A stretch of DNA of 64,000 nucleotides from a virus, in IMG/VR virus record IMGVR_UViG_3300010400_000004, positions 10,534 to 74,533 of that record; one strand, given 5' to 3'. Both the position numbers and the translations under genes were made by a program. Position 1 is the first letter of the stretch, and the number at the start of each line of letters is the position of its first letter. The notes beneath the pieces are model-generated. The model was not told the origin of the DNA, ran no database searches, and worked only from the letters and a program-made list of their open reading frames with translations. Shown one piece after another: positions 26,094 through 35,096 of this stretch.

Positions 26094-26137
26094 TTTAGTT
26101 TTGTGTTAGTTGTTTGACCGACATTTTCAAATAGTTT

Positions 26138-26242
26138 CGGGGAGCCGGTTTCAGCCGAGTCCCCGGCGACTGTTACGCCGCTTGCCTTACAGGGCATTCG
26201 GGTTTTAGCTCAACCGACTGTAATCGATGAAGCGTTGTCCCC
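26138..26242 (-). ncRNA. Putative structured RNA (multi-stem, possible pseudoknot)
   Basis: CGCTT/AAGCG; TGCC-CTGTAA-GGCA with loop complementary to TTACAG; CGGCG/CGCCG; GGGGA/TCCCC. Confidence 0.5.
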
Positions 26243-26246
26243 AAAT

Positions 26247-26346
26247 TGGCGACAGACGGGGCGTATCGGGTTTGCGCCAGCGGTTTGTCCCGAACCACCG
26301 CTACCAGAGGAAGCTATCCTCGATTGGTCTTTCCTTCCGTCTGTCA
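26247..26346 (-). ncRNA. Putative CCA-terminated multi-hairpin RNA
   Basis: GACAGACGG/CCGTCTGTC closing stem followed by G-CCA; three internal hairpins. Confidence 0.6.
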
Positions 26347-27399
26347 TAAATTGTTCGCTTGATTCTGGATATAAGCCACGAGTCTTTCTGTGTTACAAAT
26401 AATGTCCAAGAAAAACTCTGCGCCACGTTTCGTCTTCAGTTCCGGCCTGGGCAAGTCCCAAATAGACGCTGCGAAGGCGAGTAATTTTTCCCGATCCGGC
26501 GCAAGCATCGCGGCCAATTCGATCGCTTTTCGTTCCGCGATTACCTTTTCCTCTTCGGCCCTTTTCGCAGCCATTTCTGCCTCTGCCTTCGCCCGGGCTT
26601 CGCGTTCGGCCTTCAAAACCAACTCTGCCGCTTCTCGTTGTTTGCGGGCCTCCATTTCCACCTTTGCGAGTGCGGCGAGTTTTTCCGCCTTGAGACGATT
26701 CGCTTCTGCGTCCGCCTTCGCTTGAGCAGTTTTCAAATTGTCAGCGATTTGTTTTTCAAGTCGAATTCTTTCAACTTGAGCTGCACGAACTGCTGCTTCT
26801 TGTTCGATAGCGAGTTTTCTCAGCCGTTCATTTTCGAGACGCTGGGCTTCAAGTCGCTCCGCTTCTATCCGCTTCGCGGTTTCAATCGCTTCACGTTCCG
26901 CTTTTTCCCGTTCGAGTTTCGCGGTGTGCGCGGCAATCGAATCGCGAAGAAGGGCCGAATAATTTTCCTCAGTCAAATCTGCAAGGTCGATGACGACCGG
27001 AGCGGAGAGATACGGACTCAATTCAGCGGTTCGCGATTCTCGGACCCCGGTTCGAATTCGCTCAGTTTCCCGCTCCGCAAAAGTTTCCTGCAACAGCAAA
27101 CGTTCTTCAAGAGGTTCGAGGATTTTCAGCAGTTCATTCTTTCCGCCGTCAATCTTCCGACTTTCCTCAAGAACGCTTTCCTTCAGCTCTCGGTGTTTGT
27201 GGACGATCGCAATCCGGAGGTTTTTGATCGTAAGACGAGTTGCCCGGGCCAGTTTCATTTCTGCCACCTGGGAAACATCAGTCACCGTCAACGTCTCCGC
27301 CGTGGTCTTCAGTTTCTCCGCCTGGGATTTAAAGTCGTCCCACACCACGAGCTGCTTCATCCGGGCTTCCGGCAATGAATCTACAATTTCAATTTCCAT
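26344..27399 (-). CDS. Coiled-coil hypothetical protein of the replication/recombination module
   Basis: Long E/K/R/A-rich helical C-terminal half. Confidence 0.6.
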   Translation of the reverse strand: MEIEIVDSLPEARMKQLVVWDDFKSQAEKLKTTAETLTVTDVSQVAEMKLARATRLTIKNLRIAIVHKHRELKESVLEESRKIDGGKNELLKILEPLEERLLLQETFAERETERIRTGVRESRTAELSPYLSAPVVIDLADLTEENYSALLRDSIAAHTAKLEREKAEREAIETAKRIEAERLEAQRLENERLRKLAIEQEAAVRAAQVERIRLEKQIADNLKTAQAKADAEANRLKAEKLAALAKVEMEARKQREAAELVLKAEREARAKAEAEMAAKRAEEEKVIAERKAIELAAMLAPDREKLLAFAASIWDLPRPELKTKRGAEFFLDIICNTERLVAYIQNQANNL

Positions 27400-27403
27400 A
27401 TTT

Positions 27404-28522
27404 TTAGTCTTCTTTGTTCACCGCTTGCAAAAATACTGCTTCGCGTCCTCTTTCTACCACTTCCGCCTGTTCGATCACAACTTTAAAATCTTGGATCGCT
27501 TTTTTCTTGCTGCCTCGTGGTTGTTTGAATCCGATTGCGTCTTCGACTGCGCCGAGACCGACTTCGAGCGTCTGATTAAATTCCTCTTCCGTCAGATAAT
27601 GCATCGCGTATTTTTTGAATTCAGGAAGGTTCGTCACTTTCCGACTGCCAGCCCGAGATTTCAATTGATAACCGTCAGGAAGCGGAGCGCCACGTAGCAC
27701 TCGATCGCACGTAACCTTACGAAAAGCTTCAGACCATACCTTCATTACCTGGGCGAGCTGCATTCCGAGGGAGGTGTTTGCGGGGTCTTGAATCATTGAC
27801 GGCGTGACACTCTCAGGAATTTTCAGTGGGGAAAATTTATGTCCAATCTTTACAGCAAATTCCGTTACCTTCGGACAGACCCCGACGTGCTTACAGAACA
27901 GACAATTCGGAATAGTCGGATTTGCAGAAGAAAAGTCGGCTTTTCCCCGCGCCTCCCTCGCCCGAGCGACCACCACTGTAACTCGAAGTAGGAGCGCCGG
28001 GATTTCTTCCCGTTTAAAGACATGCTCCGACACAACATCGATCGCTGGCTGTTTGAAGAAGAATCGTATTGCTTCCAGTTTAGGAAACGCTTTAAAAAGT
28101 CCCAGGACATACGCAATTGCTTGAAGATTGTTTTCTGTTTTCTCGACCGCCCAAAGGCCCGACTTCCAGTCGAAGGCTTCGCAATAAGTTCCGGACCGAT
28201 CAATGAAAGCACAGTCAAAATATCCAGCAGTTGTTTCGTTATCATCCACCGGAAGATATGTCTCTGAAATTTCAGTGAGCGGGCCTTTTAACTCCGAAAC
28301 ACATTGTTTTCTTTTTTCGTAAAAATCCAGGCAATCCGCCGCAATTTCAGCATCGTCGTCGCTGAGGGAATTATCATCTGTTCGATCTTCAATCGCTTTG
28401 TGGATTTTGGTGCCGACTTCAGCTCTAATATGAGTCTCTGAATTGCCCTGCCAGTGAGGGCAAGACTCTAGGGCTTGGAGAGTGCTTGGGGAATATTCGT
28501 GATGCTTGCGTTCTTCGCTCAT
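27404..28522 (-). CDS. PD-(D/E)XK exonuclease (DUF2800/Cas4-like)
   Basis: SPS...C...GTKIH; GYFD...DWKSG; Q...Y; CLFC...C. Confidence 0.8.
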   Translation of the reverse strand: MSEERKHHEYSPSTLQALESCPHWQGNSETHIRAEVGTKIHKAIEDRTDDNSLSDDDAEIAADCLDFYEKRKQCVSELKGPLTEISETYLPVDDNETTAGYFDCAFIDRSGTYCEAFDWKSGLWAVEKTENNLQAIAYVLGLFKAFPKLEAIRFFFKQPAIDVVSEHVFKREEIPALLLRVTVVVARAREARGKADFSSANPTIPNCLFCKHVGVCPKVTEFAVKIGHKFSPLKIPESVTPSMIQDPANTSLGMQLAQVMKVWSEAFRKVTCDRVLRGAPLPDGYQLKSRAGSRKVTNLPEFKKYAMHYLTEEEFNQTLEVGLGAVEDAIGFKQPRGSKKKAIQDFKVVIEQAEVVERGREAVFLQAVNKED

Positions 28523-29001
28523 TGAAAATTAAGTCTCGCGAATTTTCCGAACTGAGATTTAGCTGCACGATCATAAGCCTTAGCTGCATCTTGTTCATTC
28601 GCGAACGAACCAAGATGTTGTTTTTTGTTGTCGATTGAGATTTGGGCCGTCCATGATTTATGGTTACAAGCCAAGGACACTCCCCGAAATTTAGAATGCT
28701 TGTTGTCCGGAAGCTTAATCCGGTTAGCGTGGTTCTGACTCCGAGTTGCAGGTCGGAGGTTCCGAATCAAATTATTGAGGGAGTTTCCGTCTTCGTGTTC
28801 TCCGTCGAGCGGCTGACCCCGCAACTTGAGAATCTCCCGGTGGAGAAGGATGGTTTTCTTTTTTCCATTTCGGATTACGTCTCGGGCAGCGTAAAATTTA
28901 CCACCGCCATTGCTGAGAGAATACCAGTTATATTTTACTGCCCAGGCGAAGGTTTTTGGATCGACTTCTGTTGAAAGCCCCCGTGTAAGGAAAATTTTCA
29001 T
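28519..29001 (-). CDS. HNH-AP2 homing endonuclease
   Basis: LLHREI...EHEDGNSLNNLIRNLR; SKFRGV...AAKAYD. Confidence 0.9.
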   Translation of the reverse strand: MKIFLTRGLSTEVDPKTFAWAVKYNWYSLSNGGGKFYAARDVIRNGKKKTILLHREILKLRGQPLDGEHEDGNSLNNLIRNLRPATRSQNHANRIKLPDNKHSKFRGVSLACNHKSWTAQISIDNKKQHLGSFANEQDAAKAYDRAAKSQFGKFARLNFQ

Positions 29002-29192
29002 AACTCATAACCTGTCAGTTCTTTCAATCTCTTCGCCACTTTCCACAAGGCGATTGCTTCGATTTGCCTGAGTCGAGTTGTGGAAATGCCGAATTGCGCG
29101 GCGACTTCTACCGGCGATTTGAGGGGCGTCAGTTTGTTTGCGATTGCCGCGCCGATCCTCAGCCGCTCTTTGTTTTCGGGAGAGAGTGTCAT
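28998..29192 (-). CDS. Small HTH (sigma region 4-like) protein
   Basis: EVAAQFGISTTRLRQIEAIALWK. Confidence 0.65.
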   Translation of the reverse strand: MTLSPENKERLRIGAAIANKLTPLKSPVEVAAQFGISTTRLRQIEAIALWKVAKRLKELTGYEL

Positions 29193-29500
29193 ATCAAAAG
29201 CCTCGAAAATTTTTGATGAAAACCCACCAGAGAAAAATCACGGTGGCGATTACGCCGAGTATTACCCCGGCCAGGATTAACAAGAGAGTTGTCATTTAGC
29301 ACCTGCCTTGAACCGGCGATATTCCGGCTTGTCAGATCGAAGATTTTCGTGCCGGGTGATGCTGAATTTCTTGCCGTCCGCATCGACGTTGTGATAGACA
29401 ACCATTTGGACGTTCTTGCGTTCGGAGGTGGAGACTACTGTTCTGGCTTTCATGTTTCACTTTCTGCTGGCGCTTTATTGCTCCAGCTACCGAGTTTTGT

Positions 29501-29692
29501 TTAGTGTTTCCGCATTACCGCTTTCTTCAAATTCTCTTTGCCTTTGTTGTGGGTTGGAACCCAGCCATGATCGACGGCATTTAAAAGCCGCTTCTGTGCT
29601 TCGGCGTTTTTCTTCGTCATGTTCCGGCCCTTCACGCCGCCCGGTGTCGAGTTGGTGTAGCCGCCTTTGGTTTTGCGAGTGGTCACTGGCAT
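29501..29692 (-). CDS. Small basic hypothetical protein
   Basis: Lys-rich ORF preceded by a class-II promoter motif. Confidence 0.55.
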   Translation of the reverse strand: MPVTTRKTKGGYTNSTPGGVKGRNMTKKNAEAQKRLLNAVDHGWVPTHNKGKENLKKAVMRKH

Positions 29693-29883
29693 ATTTGAAC
29701 TGTGTCAGAGTTTTGGTTTTTTCGCAACCTTTAATTTCCAACCATACGGGATTTCTTTTTGTTTCGCGGGTCGGGTCCGGATGGGATAAATCATCTGAAG
29801 CATTGCACAACCGCCTTCTAAAATTTCAACGACCACGAAAATTTGTCTAAGCGGAGTTTCCCACCGATCGTTAAGTTTCCAGT

Positions 29884-31344
29884 TCATTTTTTGAGTTTTA
29901 GATTTTCGGGTTGCAGATCGCCGTCGTTAAGAGCCGAAAGATTATCCAGTTTGCTCCGCAACGCACTATACATTTTCATCTCCACCGTGCCAGCAGCGAA
30001 CAACACCCGGTAATGCGATTTCGACTTTCCGCCGTCGCGAGGGAACCTGCCGACGAGCTGTTTAAACGTCGTTGCGCTCCACGGCGGCGACACGAGGCCG
30101 AACCGTGGGAAATTGCCGTCTAAGTCTTGGAGTCCGATGTTGACGCTTCCGACTTCTGAGTTGAGAACTAAGCATTTCAGATCATTGTTTTGATATTCAG
30201 CAATAATTTCATCGCGCTTTTTACCCGTAACGGTGCCGTCGATAAAAGGGCAATGAAGCAATGCGGAGATTCGTTCCAAAGAGTCTCGAAAGTTACAGAA
30301 AATTCCGACGCTGAAACCTTGCTCCATTCGGTCTCTAGCTCGCTCAACAAAGAGCGGAACTTTAAGGAGTTCGATTGCCTGTCTTGCGCGGAGGATTTTC
30401 GTAAGTTCGTGCTCGCCTTCGATTTCTTTGTAGAGTTCTTCGATTTCTTTTTCATAATCTGTGTTGAGTAGCTCCGCCTGGATGTCCACCTCGGGAAAAT
30501 TCGGCACTTCATCCGTCGTTATCCGAATGCCGCGACTCGGAAAAATTTGCTGGCGAATAGTGTCCATCGTCTGACGCTGCTTTTCCGCGCTGACCCACCA
30601 TTTCCACGAAGAAAATTGTCTGTCGAATTTCGCGCCGTGACTAGCGAGCCAACCTGAGAAAACCTTTTTGACGTGTCCCTTGCTCTCCAGCAGACCGCGC
30701 ATGTCGAGCGCGTGAAGGTCCAGGCTGAAGCCGATTGCCTTGAGTTGAAGTATCGTTTGAGCTGGAGTGGCCGAGAGCATGAGGTGTCGGATGCGTTGTC
30801 GCTTTGCGGCTATAAGCAGCTCCGAGTTGAGCGAGTCGAGTCCGCCGCATTTGTGACATTCGTCGAAGATGATAAATTTAACAGCGGCGTTGAACCTGAA
30901 GTCGCCTGGATTGATCCGTTTGGTTCGAAGGTCAACGCAGTGTATCCCTTCGGCGTTTGCAACGCAAGGTGATGACAAATCTTCGACCGACGAATATTTC
31001 CTCTGACAGCATTCACAAACGAATATAACGGGTCTCCCGGCGTCGAGCGCAACCTGATTTGCCCAAGAACCGTATAAAGTGTGTCCAAGTCTAAGCTTTT
31101 CATAATTTACGATGCTGAGTTTTTCGTTGAAGTGTTCGCAGACTCGCTGCCATCCACTGACGGCGATTTTCGGCACGACCGCCAGAGTAGGTAGATTGAT
31201 CGCTTGTGCAATGGCAACGGCAACAAAAGTCTTACCTGTGCCTGTATCGCTTCCATCGATAGCGGATATATTTTGCTGTAGTATCTCATAAAGCCGGTTC
31301 GCCGGTTGCAGTTGCCAGGGCTTGAGTTTGTCAGTAGTTATCAC
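29884..31344 (-). CDS. SF2 (SNF2/DEAD-like) helicase with Cys-rich insertion
   Basis: DTGTGKT, FDECH, SATP, QLVGRFPR; CECC...C...HC insert. Confidence 0.85.
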   Translation of the reverse strand: MITTDKLKPWQLQPANRLYEILQQNISAIDGSDTGTGKTFVAVAIAQAINLPTLAVVPKIAVSGWQRVCEHFNEKLSIVNYEKLRLGHTLYGSWANQVALDAGRPVIFVCECCQRKYSSVEDLSSPCVANAEGIHCVDLRTKRINPGDFRFNAAVKFIIFDECHKCGGLDSLNSELLIAAKRQRIRHLMLSATPAQTILQLKAIGFSLDLHALDMRGLLESKGHVKKVFSGWLASHGAKFDRQFSSWKWWVSAEKQRQTMDTIRQQIFPSRGIRITTDEVPNFPEVDIQAELLNTDYEKEIEELYKEIEGEHELTKILRARQAIELLKVPLFVERARDRMEQGFSVGIFCNFRDSLERISALLHCPFIDGTVTGKKRDEIIAEYQNNDLKCLVLNSEVGSVNIGLQDLDGNFPRFGLVSPPWSATTFKQLVGRFPRDGGKSKSHYRVLFAAGTVEMKMYSALRSKLDNLSALNDGDLQPENLKLKK

Positions 31345-31572
31345 GACGATAAACTCCGACGAACAATTTGTAAACCTGAATCATCCAGCGGCGACGGGCT
31401 GGGCAATAAGAAAAATCCAGCCATCGAGTGCCTTCGTAGTATCTTTGCCATGCCCAATGAATTTTCATGCCCGGGAAATCCACGCGATGATTTTGAACTG
31501 AATCCTCAGACGACCGATGCAAATCGTTTTGATCGGTCCGACTGCATACCAACGGAAAAAGTTTCTCATAAT

Positions 31573-31845
31573 TTAAACGTGGCGAGTAACGAGGTAAAAG
31601 GAGGTGTAAAGTCCGGTCTCTCGATCCGAGCAATTATACCACTCGAATTTTACGACATTCTTGTTGAAGTCGCCAATCTCGGGAACCTCGGTCGCGAAAA
31701 ACATTATCTGAGGTGCCCACGGAAACCCAGGCCGGAGATTCACCGGGCAAAAAGCGATGTCGCGCTTGCCCCACAGGGCACGCGCACGGGCTTTTGATAC
31801 CCGGGTGAAGGTGGTTGCGCCCGACTTGATGGTAAAGTGCCTCAT
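31573..31845 (-). CDS. Hypothetical protein
   Basis: ORF in an early operon. Confidence 0.5.
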   Translation of the reverse strand: MRHFTIKSGATTFTRVSKARARALWGKRDIAFCPVNLRPGFPWAPQIMFFATEVPEIGDFNKNVVKFEWYNCSDRETGLYTSFYLVTRHV

Positions 31846-31852
31846 AAACGAT

Positions 31853-32098
31853 TTAGAGCGACAAGAACGCTTCGATTTGTTGCTTGGTGAAACCTTCACG
31901 AAGAGCCTTCGCTCGAAAAACGTCAGTCTTGGAAACCGGCTTACCGAAAGCTCCGAAGGAAGGCCAGGAGTTTTGAGAAATGCGGGACAATGCTTCGGCG
32001 CGGGACATTCCGCCGACAAAATCCACAAAAGCATCTTGAGTCGCTTGCTCATCGATACCGCCGAATGTTCCGATTACTGGTTTGAAGTTTTTGCTCAT
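31853..32098 (-). CDS. Hypothetical protein
   Basis: First gene after a promoter and hairpin leader. Confidence 0.55.
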   Translation of the reverse strand: MSKNFKPVIGTFGGIDEQATQDAFVDFVGGMSRAEALSRISQNSWPSFGAFGKPVSKTDVFRAKALREGFTKQQIEAFLSL

Positions 32099-32139
32099 GT
32101 TTTTTGTTTCAGTCCGCCTTTATTGGCTGACCTACCCAC

Positions 32140-32167
32140 ACAATAGTCCATCCCGCGCCATTGTCAA
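32140..32167 (-). promoter_or_regulatory. Promoter TTGACA-N16-TATTGT
   Basis: Direct motif match, followed by the 20-bp repeated leader hairpin (32112-32131). Confidence 0.7.
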
Positions 32168-32248
32168 CAGGTGAGGAAGAAAATAATTGCGATTATCCGC
32201 AAGTTCCTGATACGCATACACCTGCAAGTGTATTCGATTCTATCAGAC

Positions 32249-32464
32249 TCACTGTATTTTTTCAACCGAAGAAACATCGTTGTCGAAATAGGCCATGATT
32301 GTGTTCGTGAGGTTCACCGCCATCGTGAGCGATAGCGTGAATAACTCGAACCAGTCCATAGACTGCCACGTCGAGGCTTTAAATCCTTTCGTTCCGGCCA
32401 GGAAAACCACTGCGGCGGCAGTGAAACCGTAACAAGCCCGCTTGAAAATTTTTCGCGCTTTCAT
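32249..32464 (-). CDS. Small membrane protein (holin-like)
   Basis: 71 aa with two hydrophobic segments. Confidence 0.4.
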   Translation of the reverse strand: MKARKIFKRACYGFTAAAVVFLAGTKGFKASTWQSMDWFELFTLSLTMAVNLTNTIMAYFDNDVSSVEKIQ

Positions 32465-33390
32465 TTTGTTCGAGCGGCAATTGTTGCGGTATATGCCGAG
32501 GTGCCCGTGCTATTCGATCGGTTAGCGCGAAAATAATACAATCGCTTTCGCTTGAGGCCGCTCTTTGTAAAAGTCGATCTCGGATACCGGACCGTTCCAG
32601 CGAGTATAAAATTGTTGAGGGACATCTCGGAGTAGAAAACCGAAACAGATTCTCCGTCGAGGGTAACGTCCCATTGTAATCCGATGGTGTTCCCGGTCGA
32701 TCCGGTCACTCTGAAATTCGCCGGAGGTGCTGGAGGTTGCGGAGCTGGCGCGGCGGTTACTATGAAACTCGTCATCGGTCCGCCGAGCCAGACGGAGGTT
32801 CCATCATTCACTGCGAGGTAAGCGTTCCAAGTTCCGAGTGAACTATTGCTATCAACCGTCCAAGTGCCTGAGTAATTTATCGTCTGCCCGGGAACAATCG
32901 TCTGTGCGGATACTGCTGGAGTTGCCCAGCGATACGGACCATCTGCGCGAGTCGCTCCGGGTTCGAGTAGCGTAAGACTGCCTTGAGTGACTACATAATT
33001 TGCAGTTCCAGTATTTTTAATCGTCGCAGTGAAGGCTATAGTCTGTCCGATTGCGACACTTGTTTTATCAACTGTCGGGGCTGTGAACACAAGGTTCGAA
33101 GTTGCCGGGGGCGCTATATAAGTGGCGGTGCTACTCGGTCCCGATTCACCACCGCTGTTAAAAGCAGTGACGTAATAAACCGTGGTGACGGTCGCCGGTC
33201 GAGAAAACGTAAGATCGCTGGTGGTTCCGACAGCAGAAAAATTTACTCCGCCGTCTGTCGATTCAAACAATTTATATCCCGTTGCTCCGGACGAGGGGTC
33301 CCAGGCCAGTGTTACCGTTGCTGCCTGAGAGAAAACCTGACATGCGAACAGCAAGAGGGAGGTTAGTATCGATGAGGTTAGTTTTTTCAT
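32461..33390 (-). CDS. Secreted fibronectin type III/Ig-like domain protein
   Basis: Signal peptide MKKLTSSILTSLLLFA; VTLAWDP...YYVTAFN.GGES; second FN3 domain LQW...YYFR. Confidence 0.75.
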   Translation of the reverse strand: MKKLTSSILTSLLLFACQVFSQAATVTLAWDPSSGATGYKLFESTDGGVNFSAVGTTSDLTFSRPATVTTVYYVTAFNSGGESGPSSTATYIAPPATSNLVFTAPTVDKTSVAIGQTIAFTATIKNTGTANYVVTQGSLTLLEPGATRADGPYRWATPAVSAQTIVPGQTINYSGTWTVDSNSSLGTWNAYLAVNDGTSVWLGGPMTSFIVTAAPAPQPPAPPANFRVTGSTGNTIGLQWDVTLDGESVSVFYSEMSLNNFILAGTVRYPRSTFTKSGLKRKRLYYFRANRSNSTGTSAYTATIAARTK

Positions 33391-33922
33391 TGTAGGTAGT
33401 TTGTTGTGTAAGGACGTTGAATCGACTAAGGAACAAGTCTCGGACTGCGGAGCGGGGCAAACTTTCGCCCCAGGAAAAATCCCACCAGTCGATCGGGTTC
33501 GGCGCGGCGACGATCGGAATATCTTCGTCTTTGCCGAAATAGCACGACTCCGCATACATAGCGGCTGCATCGGCTTGATGAACGAGAGGCGGCAGCGGAA
33601 ACTCGAATCCGAATTTGGCTGCGATGATGGTCATTAACCGGTTTTCATAGTGCTGATATTCCGGCATGCCGCGTTTAATCGGCTTCGCTAGATCGCCCAG
33701 GTATGCCTCGCTTGCATCGTGCAATAGCCCAGCCAGCCCGGGACCGGCATAGCTGACATAAAGCGAATGAAGACCCACGCTGTAAAAGTGCGGGATATGT
33801 CCAGCCCATCGGCAAACCATACTGAGGGAGTGGGCGATGTCCGAGAGATGAATGTCTGCGGGGTCTGGTTCAAGCGGATAAAACTTAGTGCCCGAGATCG
33901 TTCGAATAAAATCACTCTTCAT
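33272..33922 (-). CDS. HD-domain 5'-deoxynucleotidase-like protein (YfbR/YfdR family)
   Basis: DIAHSLS..CRWAGH..FYSV..HS; LLHDASEAYLGD. Confidence 0.85.
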   Translation of the reverse strand: MKSDFIRTISGTKFYPLEPDPADIHLSDIAHSLSMVCRWAGHIPHFYSVGLHSLYVSYAGPGLAGLLHDASEAYLGDLAKPIKRGMPEYQHYENRLMTIIAAKFGFEFPLPPLVHQADAAAMYAESCYFGKDEDIPIVAAPNPIDWWDFSWGESLPRSAVRDLFLSRFNVLTQQTTYNEKTNLIDTNLPLAVRMSGFLSGSNGNTGLGPLVRSNGI

Positions 33923-34127
33923 ATATCGTTGAATGAACTTCCAGCTTCAAAATTCGCAAAGTTGTGTTCTTAGACCAACCTGATTTCCTTTTGGCAATTT
34001 CAGGCTTGACGTAGTTGTCTCGATGCCAAATAGCCTCAAAAAGAGTCTCGTGGTTTTCACCGATGACGTATTTTTTACCGTCCTTCGGATCGACTGCTTC
34101 GACTTGCCAATACCGTTTGATTATCAT
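33912..34127 (-). CDS. Hypothetical protein
   Basis: ORF coupled to the HD gene. Confidence 0.45.
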   Translation of the reverse strand: MIIKRYWQVEAVDPKDGKKYVIGENHETLFEAIWHRDNYVKPEIAKRKSGWSKNTTLRILKLEVHSTIYEE

Positions 34128-34167
34128 GCTGCTACCTTCTCAAGAAGCCACGCCGTTGATTTAGTGC

Positions 34168-34770
34168 TCACAATTTTGCTGTAGTTATTCCAGTTTGATT
34201 TTGGTATTTTCCTTTTTTATCGGCATACGAAATTTTACACACGTCCGAGGCTTGGAAAAAAATCAACTGTGCGATACCTTCGTTGGCGTAAATTTTCGCG
34301 GGCAATGGAGTCGTGTTCGAAATTTCGATGGTGAGGTGTCCACTCCATTCTGGCTCAAGAGGCGTGACATTCACGATGATACCACACCTTGCGTAAGTGG
34401 ATTTGCCAACGCAGAGAGCGAGAATGTCCCGGGGTATTCTGAAATACTCTGCACTGACTGCGAGCGCAAAGCTATTCGGCGGAACGATGCAATATTCTTC
34501 CGTATCAATCGTAACGAAGGCATCGTCTCGAAAATCCTTAGGGTCAATAACGGTGTTGTGGACGTTGGTGAAAACTTTGAATTCGCTGCCAACTCGAATG
34601 TCGTAACCGTAGGACGACAAACCGAAGCTGATTGCTTTTTCAGAGATAACCCCGCCAGGAGATTGTCTGATTACTTCCCTTACTTGGTGGTCGTGAAACG
34701 GATTTATCATCGAGCCGGGGCCACGACCGACACAACGCTCTGAGATTTGTTTATCACTTAACACGCTCAT
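34168..34770 (-). CDS. dcd: dCTP deaminase
   Basis: [12 protein letters not shown]; [23 protein letters not shown]; YANEGIAQ; GKYQNQ. Confidence 0.95.
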   Translation of the reverse strand: MSVLSDKQISERCVGRGPGSMINPFHDHQVREVIRQSPGGVISEKAISFGLSSYGYDIRVGSEFKVFTNVHNTVIDPKDFRDDAFVTIDTEEYCIVPPNSFALAVSAEYFRIPRDILALCVGKSTYARCGIIVNVTPLEPEWSGHLTIEISNTTPLPAKIYANEGIAQLIFFQASDVCKISYADKKGKYQNQTGITTAKL

Positions 34771-35096
34771 ATTTCATCTATCTTTCTACCGGCCACGCCT
34801 GCGATCACCCAATTTATTCCCCGGCGTCGTTCATTCTGTAATTCTGCCTCGCGCCAGGAACAATATTTCTCATCGAGACGGCGGATTGTTTCTTCAGAAA
34901 ATCTTCGGTCTCTATCGCAGAGATGTTCGAGATTAGGTTGTAGTGTTATCAGGATGAGATTTGCTGTCAACAATCGGTATCGTAGTTTTTTCTTCGCCGT
35001 CTTTGATTACCTGAGGTTCGAGTGTGGCATCCCCGGGCCACGGCACGGTTGCGTTCGTCATATCCTCTGTAACTATTTTGGTTTTGTCGTCGTTTT

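Noticed and set aside
26138-26242. Hammerhead, twister or pistol ribozyme
   Set aside because: I could not find their conserved catalytic cores by eye.
27404-28522. Cas4-like nuclease as evidence of CRISPR-Cas
   Set aside because: No repeat-spacer array or other cas genes were seen. Such nucleases are routine in phage replication modules.
33272-33922. DatZ and a Z-genome pathway
   Set aside because: No purZ or mazZ homologue is visible. A generic YfbR/YfdR-like HD protein explains the motifs.
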